In this document: one piece after another, positions 56,045-64,000 of the stretch
Numbering within the stretch: the first letter of the stretch is position 1
How the letters are laid out: each line of letters begins with the position of its first letter
Assembly (NCBI RefSeq): GCF_006345805.1
Contig: NC_043005.1
Location: forward strand, 66,898,001-66,962,000
Direction: 5' to 3'
From: Octopus sinensis
Lineage: Eukaryota
DNA length: 64,000 nt
Made by a program: the position numbers and the translations under genes
The notes under the pieces: generated by a model
What the model saw: only the letters and a program-made list of their open reading frames with translations
What the model was told of the DNA's origin: nothing
Database searches by the model: none

Positions 56045-57460
56045 TACAATTTAATTAATGTTTCTTCGGGCGGGCACTACTTATTCCCTTCCCCTCCTTC
56101 GTCTTCTCTTGTGGGGTGTGGTGAGATTTCACCCAATTTTAAAAAAAGTCTGGCCGGAACTCAATCCTCGACGGCCCGACCCAATTTGGGTAAGTTTCTT
56201 ACGTGCCATGTTCTTTGCACATTGAAAAAGTGGTAGTTCACTGTCGTATATGATTTTGTGTCAATCTCTTTCAATTTCATCTGTTTAAGTGTTTTTTCCA
56301 AAGGAGGCATCTTCAGTGTAAAACACTGAAATGCCTTCATCAAATAGATCGGCGCAAGGCGACCAAGTTTTGTTAGTGGGGACTGGGGCCTAGACTGGGG
56401 CGTTGGGCGTGGGGTGGATAATGTGGATTGCGTTGAAGGGCCAGGGATTGTTTCCGGCGAGGGTTGGGGCAGAAGGAGTTTTTGGGGGAGAGGGACAATA
56501 GGTGAACGAGGGAGTGGCTTGTAGTGTCTGGGGATGGTGGGTTTTGGCCGGCGTGCACTTGGGTGGAGCACATCAATTTCCCTTTTTGATAAAATATTTC
56601 TTTCCACTGCGTTTGTTCTGGTGCATCAGTAGTTTCTTCAGTTACTGCTGCTACTGCCACTGCTGCTGTTCTTGATGGTTATCTCAATGCCACTGCTGCT
56701 GCTGCTGCTGATTGCTTAGTCGCTGTCACCGCCGCCAAATTTAAAACACCTCCGCTACCTTCCTTCCACCATTACCTTCATGCTGACTCCTTCGTTGATC
56801 ATAATCTGATGTGGAATCTCTTCTAAATCTCCGTTTTAGATTGAATCAACAATTCAAGAGATTGTCCTTTCCAATTCTATCCAGGGAACTTCTTTTCCTG
56901 TGAAATGTTAATTTTTTTCCTCTTGCATGAAGCTGAAGGCCTCTATCATCCAGTTTAAATTTACATCTGGTGAAAATTCTTCCACTCTCATTTTCGATGT
57001 CCTTTTACCCCGATAAGTGTGGAGAACAATTTCAGATGACTTTAACGGCTTCGTTGAGTGCTTTCTAGCAATTTCCTCGATGGAAAACTGTACTTCCACG
57101 GTGGTATACATTTTACCTTTACCAGCGTATGATGTTTCTCTCCATTTCGGTTGTAAACATTTCTCCACTTGCACGTTCGGTGCTGCCATAATTCTTTTTT
57201 CCTATATATTAAAAATTTTATAAATAATGGTTCTCTGCCTACAGTATTCCCGGCCTTCTTGCAAAGCCTTGATACTTAATTAATCCCAAAATATCTACTT
57301 CAGCTGCCTTGGAATTGGCGGCAGCAACATGGGCGAAATTAATAGATTTTTCCTTTGCTTTCTCAATTTTTTGAATTACGAGCAGCGCTGAGAACACTTC
57401 ACTTGATAATTCAGAATCGTTCGGCGACCCTGACTCGTCCGCCATTATATCAAACTATAT
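56045..57460 (-). mobile_element. Disrupted L1/Tx1-type ORF1 (RRM-like region and decayed CCHC knuckle); no ORF2 downstream
   Basis: Track ORFs 57239-57445, 56908-57189, 56373-56660 and 56161-56607 join through stops and frameshifts: RQRTIIYKIF...VEVQFSIEEIARKHSTKPL...YRGKRTSKMRVEEFSPDV...EIPHQIMINEGVSMKVMVEGR*RRCFKFG, the V.VEG....CF.CG signature of L1/Tx1 ORF1, then Ala- and Pro-rich tracts. Confidence 0.65.
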
Positions 57461-57729
57461 TTGTTCCATAATAATGCTTTTTAAGCAATAGAAAATAATT
57501 ATTTTCGCCCCTTAAAAGGTGGGAAAAAACACAATTATTTACCCTTCAATAAGGGAAATATAACAGCAAAAATTCAACAAGTTCAACAATAATAATTCCA
57601 ACAGCAAATTAAACTTACTTTAAGCCACAACGAAGTGAAAAGGATGACGCCAAAGAAGTGAATGTTTAAGTGTTGAAAAAATCCGTGTATCTATTTGGCA
57701 CCGAATATATGGAGAAATTCAATTTATAG

Positions 57730-60067
57730 GATACACCCATAAGCGATTTGTGCAATAACAAACGACTGAAAGAAGTCGATGAACTACAACAAAAAATAAA
57801 ATAAACTTTCCGAAAGTTGTTTCGGAAGGTTTAATCCGTTGCACAAACACAAAAGCAAGGATTGCTATCAAAGAAAATTCAACACCTATTTTCAGGCCTA
57901 AACGGAATGTGACGTATGTGGTTGTAGACCAGGTCAATAAAGAACTAGAAAGACTGGAAGCCTGAATATAATTGAAAATATCACTCTCCAGATTTGGCTG
58001 CACCGGTGGTCGACATGAAAAAAAGTTAAGAGCGTGAACAGAGTTCCCAACATGACCCAACGACTGTTTACACACACACAATTGCCCAGTACCAAACCCA
58101 GAAGTATTTGCTAAACTAAACGGAGGTAAAATGAACACGCACCGTGGACTGTACAAGTTCAAACGACTGCCGCTTGGAGTAAATGTGGCACCCGCTACAT
58201 ACCAACAAATAATGGATGCGATCTTGAGTGATTGCGACTTCGCCATCCAATCCCTCGATGCTATTTTGATAAAGAGCGATTCTCGGGTGCAACACGTCGA
58301 ACACATAAGGAAAGTATTCAAAGAGAATAAGTGAATATGGCCTAAAACTGACAGAAGAAAAATGCGAATTTTTGATGGCCAAAATAAGATACCTAAGTCA
58401 AGTAATCGACGAAAGTGGACGCAGACCGGGCCCATCAACGGCGACGACAATGCGCAATATGCTGCCGCCGGCGAATGTGACAATGCTATAAGCATTCCTT
58501 GGCTCGGTAAATTATTATTATTATCATTAATTATTATTGTCAAGTATATATCCCAAATATTCATAAGGTAAAGCGCCATTTAATTAATTACTAAATATAA
58601 ATGTCAAATGCGTTTGAACAGAGAAGTACTCGAAAACATTTAACAAGTTAAACGATGTGTTAACTTCAGTGTTGTATTTTACGCATTTCGACCAAAAGTT
58701 AGGGATAATACTAGCTACAGATACTAGCGAGTATGAGATAGGAGCCGTGTACCTACACAAGGATAATAATGGCAGGAGAAAGGCCATGGCTCACACATCA
58801 AGAGCGTGATTGATGGCGGAAAAGAGCTAAAGCCAGATTGGAAAAGACGATTTGGCTGTTAAATTTGGCGCTCCAAAATTCAACTGGTTCATTCACGGCA
58901 GAACTTTTTGGTTGCAAACGGACCATAGGCCTCTAATAACGATATACAGTTCCAAGAAAGGAATCGCGTCACATACGGCAAACAGACTGCAGCGGTGGGG
59001 CAGATATTCGATATCTTGTTTGAAGGCAGATATTAAACTATCTGCATTCAACAAGTTGGGTCGTGCTGATGGTCTGTCACGGTTAATTCCGAGAGATAAC
59101 GAACCGCTGGAGGACACCGTAATTGCAGTGCCAAGAGAGGAAGCGGAAACGAAAAAAGTGATGTGGAATATCGTGCGGAAATTACCAGTAAATTTGGAAG
59201 AAATGCAGGCCCGGTAAATGTATATCATTACTTAAAAGTAGTAGACAGCTACACAAAATGGCCTGAGGTCGCAAGGTGCAAACGACCAACCTCACATACG
59301 GTAATAAACTTCTTACACCAGCTGTTCACAAGATTTCGTATACCGGATATAATTGTCTCTGATAACGAAGCACAGTTTGTATCCTGTGAGTTTAAAAGAC
59401 TCTACGAGATATTCACTTTAAAACAGAACATAAGACTATAGCACCATATCACCCAAGATCGAATGGAAGGGCCGAACTGTTGATGGATTCTTTTATGAGA
59501 GCTTTAAAGAAAGCTAATAAGGGATCCACGGATGAGGTCACGATCCAACGATTCTTAACGGTATACAGTGTAACTCCGAATTCAAACGCGCCAGAAGAAA
59601 GTTAGCCAGCAGAATTAATGTTTGCCAGAAAGGTGAAGTCAGTATTCGATAAACTGCTACCAGTGAACAAAAAAATATGTGCTAGTTAAGATATGCCAAA
59701 ACTCTTTAGAATCGATAATAAGGTATATCTAAGAATGTACAAAAATGATAAGCAATACTGAGAAGGAGATATTGTAATATACATAGGAAGAATGATGTAT
59801 GGTGTAAGAAGCAGAAATGGAATATAAAGAGAGATAGAAATCAGCTTAAGGAAAGAGGCATAGAAAAGGAACCAACAATAGTAGAAATACCAATGGATTG
59901 GCTATATGATACTTTCCAGGTCCAGCACCGTTGCAAGAAGTCTAAAGAAGAACACTGAGTTCCTAAAAGTAGACCCCAAAAAGAAACGATATTGTGTATA
60001 TGAAAAAAGGAGGAGGAAGGGTGGATAAAAGAAATTGATTGTTAAATAAAATAATTAAAAGGGGCGA
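57730..60067 (+). mobile_element. Decayed Gypsy (Ty3) LTR retrotransposon pol: RT, RNase H, integrase; 5'-truncated
   Basis: Fragments PIFRPKRNVTY..VNKELERLE; NTHRGLYKFKRLPLGVNVAPATYQQIMD (RT); DTSEYEIGAV and LQTDHRPL (RNase H); VVDSYTKWPEV...IVSDNEAQF and PYHPRSNG (integrase), in Gypsy domain order; many stops and frameshifts. Confidence 0.92.
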
Positions 60068-60366
60068 CGTTGTATAGTGACACTGTACACCTTTCCCGGT
60101 AAAATGTGGTAGAAGACATAAACAGATAAGTAGCCCGTCGTCAAGTGAGGGTCAGGGGCCGAAGAATTGAGAGCCGACAGTTCTAGTGGGTATCTTGTGG
60201 TGTTATCAGTGATTGAAAGATAGAAGTCAGTGTATTACTATTCCGGTAGGAAGAGATACAGCGATATCAGATGACTAGTAGCTATTGTGGCTACTAGCGT
60301 AAAACATCAACTACAGTACAACAGCAGTCACATATCACACCAGTGGGAGGAACCCACTTTACAACA
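60068..60366 (+). mobile_element. 3' LTR of the Gypsy element (about 299 bp)
   Basis: Polypurine tract aaaagggg(c)ga immediately upstream; terminal inverted repeats (c)gttgta...tacaaca (TG mutated to CG). Confidence 0.7.
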
Positions 60367-61069
60367 TTCAAAATTTAGAAGTTATAGGGTAGAGGCTTAC
60401 TTTTGCTAAGCTCGAACCGATTGTTATCATCAAAAATGCAACGGTAACAACCAGTTCATTAACATCTCAGTACAAGTTTCAAAACAATTAAAAGGCTGTT
60501 GAGGAGACTATCTGAGAATCTATTGGTCAGTACTCCATAAATTGTAATAGTTTTTGCAGCAGAAAAAAAAATTGAATCTCATAACTGACATTAAAATGAT
60601 GTAAATTTTAGCGCAGATTAGTTGTGATATTATATGTTTAATTGGTCGTTAAATTGTTATAAAAAGATACATGCATAAAATCGCAAACATTTAGAAAATG
60701 GAAAATCTTAATGTTGCGTTATAAAACAAGTTAGAAAACATTCATACAAAGTGAACAAAATACGGAAAAACCATTTATCTATTTGGGTAATTTTTCTATT
60801 GGCAATGCAACAAATTCCAAACTGTTCACATGCCTTATGTATCCCTTGTATATAATGCATATAAATCAGGGGACTCTTTACGTTCTTTTCTGCAGATATT
60901 TATATACGTATAAATTAGTTAAAATACGTCGCATAATTGTTTTTTTTTTTCTGGCAGAAGGCTCAGTCGCTATCATTGCTGAATTGTTTGATATTTTGTG
61001 CGGTACTTTCTCTAAATCACGTTGGCATTCGAAAACCAAAGTAGAATAAGCTTTGGGAACTATGATATT

Positions 61070-61710
61070 GAACGACAGGTAAATCTCACTGCGAGGGTGA
61101 AAAGTTAGAAGAAATTGTGTTTAAAAACAATCGAAGGCAGCAAAAGAGACAGCAGATCTAAACGACCATTTTGTGTCAAACAAAATCATTCATCGTCAGT
61201 GCGATAAAATTGGACACCATGGAAGGGCTGCAATTGCTAAACTGCTTCCCTCAATCATAAACATTCATAAGCATGAAGGAAATTTTTCCTAGATCACCAG
61301 AAGTTGTCACTGAATTGTTGAATAACGTCAACCGCACTGATGAATTATGATTCTCCCTTTTCCCCACTTCGAATCGAGTTTATGTCTGAAGACAGGCCAA
61401 AGGAGTTTTTAACCCTGACTGCTTGACAACCACTCTAAATCATGTGATGATGTGGTCACCTATATCCCGTGATGATTTGGTCACCAATATATCTAGACCA
61501 TTTAGTTTTTGTGCCTGGCAGGGTTTTGGTCAAGAATTGTCTGAGATACCTCCGGTACAATAATGATAGCTCGATATTCCAGGATAATATTGCGCCGATT
61601 CAGAGGGCATAGGCACTACATCTCAATATACGGAATATTTATGTCATATTTTCGAGAAGTTCCCTTCCAGGGGCGTCTCAAGTAAGTTCTATTTGGAGAA
61701 TGATTTAAAA
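61070..61710 (+). mobile_element. Decayed Tc1-like transposase
   Basis: TADLNDHFVSNKIIHRQCDKIGHHGRAAIAKLL resembles TAELN...RRELHK.G.HGRAAI.KPL; then TDEL*FSLFPTSNRVYV*RQAKGVFNPDCL and IFQDNIAPI (FQ.DNAP.H). Confidence 0.75.
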
Positions 61711-62974
61711 TTATTCTAATAGCATTTCAGGCACTGCATGGGTCAGTTCCTCCGTGCATTAAAACTGTTGTTGATACCAAAGGTATTTCCATTATTTTGT
61801 CCGAAAATTTTATTCAGACACACACAGACACATACTCATATGAACTACACATATATACCTTAAACTATTTGTAAGAATATAGAACGACTTGTGAGTATTT
61901 ATCGCTAAATCAAAACACAACTATGCGTATGTACAGCTATACCTATGTATAAATCTTTCGACACCAGCTTACCGATTATTTAATATAACGAAAATTCAAA
62001 GTAATATGCAAGCATCGATATGTATGGAAATGATAACATTAAAATTATAAGAAGAAGCTGGGAATGCAAAATTACTAAATGTATTTAGAATGAAAAATAA
62101 AAATTTGATAAAATGTATATGAATATGAATTACATATTTACTTAATACTTATTTCATATAGAGCTTGCATTTAAACACATGAAAAAGGTAATGTGTGTGA
62201 GTACACATAGTTAGACACACAAACACACTCCCATACACAGATGTATAAGTAATAGACAGAAATAATAGGTTATATACACTTATTTATTGTCGGCTTAGGT
62301 TCATATTTGGGTGCGTTCATAAGTCAATTTTATCAATCGATCTACTGATCAACCAAAGATGTAAGGAACAATCCTCCCAGCGATATCTTCGTCTTAGTCA
62401 AAAGAAATCAATTGTCAGTAGAAAAAGAAAATATATAAGAAAATATATAAGAAAATATAAAAGTATTTTATTTGGACGGTGTGGTAGTTTTACAGAACTA
62501 GGTCACCCATCAAACTATTTTCTCTCTTACCGCAGGTGAATAACATTGACACTCAGTACATTTGAGACTCTAGAATGTCTTTAGAATCAGTGGTAGACTT
62601 TTGGCATTTACTGCTACACTTTCAGTTATAATGTGAGGGGCAACATTTGCAGATATACAAAGCAAAACATAGCTAATGCATTGTCAAAGTTTTAGACATA
62701 AAGTATTAACATCTATCTAATTAATTATCAGGAAATTTATATAAGTAAAAGCAGTAAACAGAACTAATAAGAAATAGTAATCAGGGATGATAAATAAATA
62801 AACTATAACAGATAATGTAACAGTTGTACTAAGGCTACATGTAATCCTAAATTATCTAATTTTTATTAAAGCATGTGAAATAACGAATCTAATACATGAT
62901 TCTTACGTGGAGTCGTAGAGTAAATTACAAAATAATATCAAATACAACCAAAGCGACCGGAAACAACAAAGGCA

Positions 62975-63440
62975 AAGATGGGATTTAATTTTGGATGTAC
63001 TGGCCTATTCTGCCATGTCTTATGCGGTACTCCTTTTCAACGAGGACTGGGCAGCCAGAAACAACATGATCAATTGTATCCGTGAATTTTCCGCAAAGTT
63101 TGCACAAGGGGTCAGATCCATTTTTAAGGACGTTTGTATGCTAGTTTCTGGTGCGTAAACTATGATCTTGCGCTGCAATAACAAAACCTTCTCTTTCCCC
63201 TTTCAGACCAGCCCCTTGAGGCCATTGGTGTGTACGAATTTGATCACTATCTGGTGGTTAAGGTATTTTCCATGCAGGAGCTTAACTTTCCAGTTGACTT
63301 CGGTATTATTCATACAAGCCTTCTTTGGTCTTTGTTTGATTTTTTAAAATCAAAGGTAGGTTTTTCATTATTTCTGATGGTTAGTTTCTAAGTCAGGTGA
63401 AGTAATGGGAGTTCTGTCAGTATTTGGGTGTATTTTGTCA
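62975..63440 (-). mobile_element. R4/Dong-type (RLE-class) non-LTR retrotransposon fragment, post-RT zinc-knuckle region
   Basis: Minus translation WKVKLLHGKY...HQWPQGAGLKGEREGFVIAAQDHSLRTRN*HTNVLKNGSDPLCKLCGKFTDTIDHVVSGCPVLVEKEYRIRHGRIGQYI, with a C-x2-C-x7-H-x4-C knuckle; stops before the PD-(D/E)xK nuclease. Confidence 0.85.
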
Positions 63441-63930
63441 TTCTTATGTTAATTTGCAGTTGGGTACCGTATGAAATGTTTTAAGTCGACAACTACGAGA
63501 AAGGCATGTGTTGGAAGTGAATAAATGTTCTGGGAGGAATACATCGTGTGTAATAGGAAGTCCGCAGTAAGTGATGCCGGACACAAACTCATAAGCAGTG
63601 TGTGAATCTTGAATATTTATGTTCAAAGGGTACAACTTCCAGCGCCACGGATAGAAGTAATACTAATAGGGGCCATAGGAATAGTAGCAGAATAGATGAG
63701 AGGGAAAAATGTGTGTCACTGAAGATGTTGATGACACCATGCAAACTACTCATGTAGTCTTTTGCAGGATAGATCAACGTTTCAGTCTGATCTATAGGTT
63801 GTAGGAGAGTTATAGTAACTTGCATCTTTCAGTTTTACAATACATGTTTCCTTTAAAATCTTGAATATTCAGATTTTTCCGGATTTAGTAATCAATCAAC
63901 TCTAGCACAATAAAATAATCGCGATCCATT

Positions 63931-63933
<3 letters not shown>

Positions 63934-63992
<59 letters not shown>

Positions 63993-63999
63993 ATATATA
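63934..63999. repeat. (TA)n tract
   Basis: Directly visible. Confidence 0.95.
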
Positions 64000-64000
64000 C

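Noticed and set aside
57460-57730. Search for a 5' LTR, PBS or gag for the Gypsy element
   Set aside because: No second copy of 60068-60366 is visible. The upstream minus-strand ORF1-like element is in the opposite orientation and is not its gag.

Overview
This is a gene-poor, AT-rich eukaryotic window packed with simple repeats and transposon relics. The SINE families and (TA)n/(CA)n/(TACA)n density suggest an Octopus-type coleoid cephalopod genome; this is inferred from remembered repeat families, not from a database search. No host protein-coding gene, tRNA, rRNA or CRISPR array can be supported, and most ORFs in the track are microsatellite translations or antisense shadows. Recognisable elements: several tRNA-derived SINE families; Tc1/mariner relics and MITEs, including two copies of a fold-back mariner derivative; a young 5'-truncated CR1-type LINE (52.4-53.3 kb); an L1/Tx1-type ORF1-only element (56.0-57.5 kb); a decayed Gypsy pol with its 3' LTR (57.8-60.4 kb); an R4/Dong-type fragment; and several Penelope-like (PLE) 3' ends, most abutting (TA)n tracts. 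The most interesting signal is three different hammerhead-ribozyme-like folds in three repeat families: one with a canonical core, one with a U3:A8 core, and one non-canonical (U6 plus an extra A). All have palindromic helix III. All alignments and folds were done by eye, and coordinates of decayed elements are approximate.
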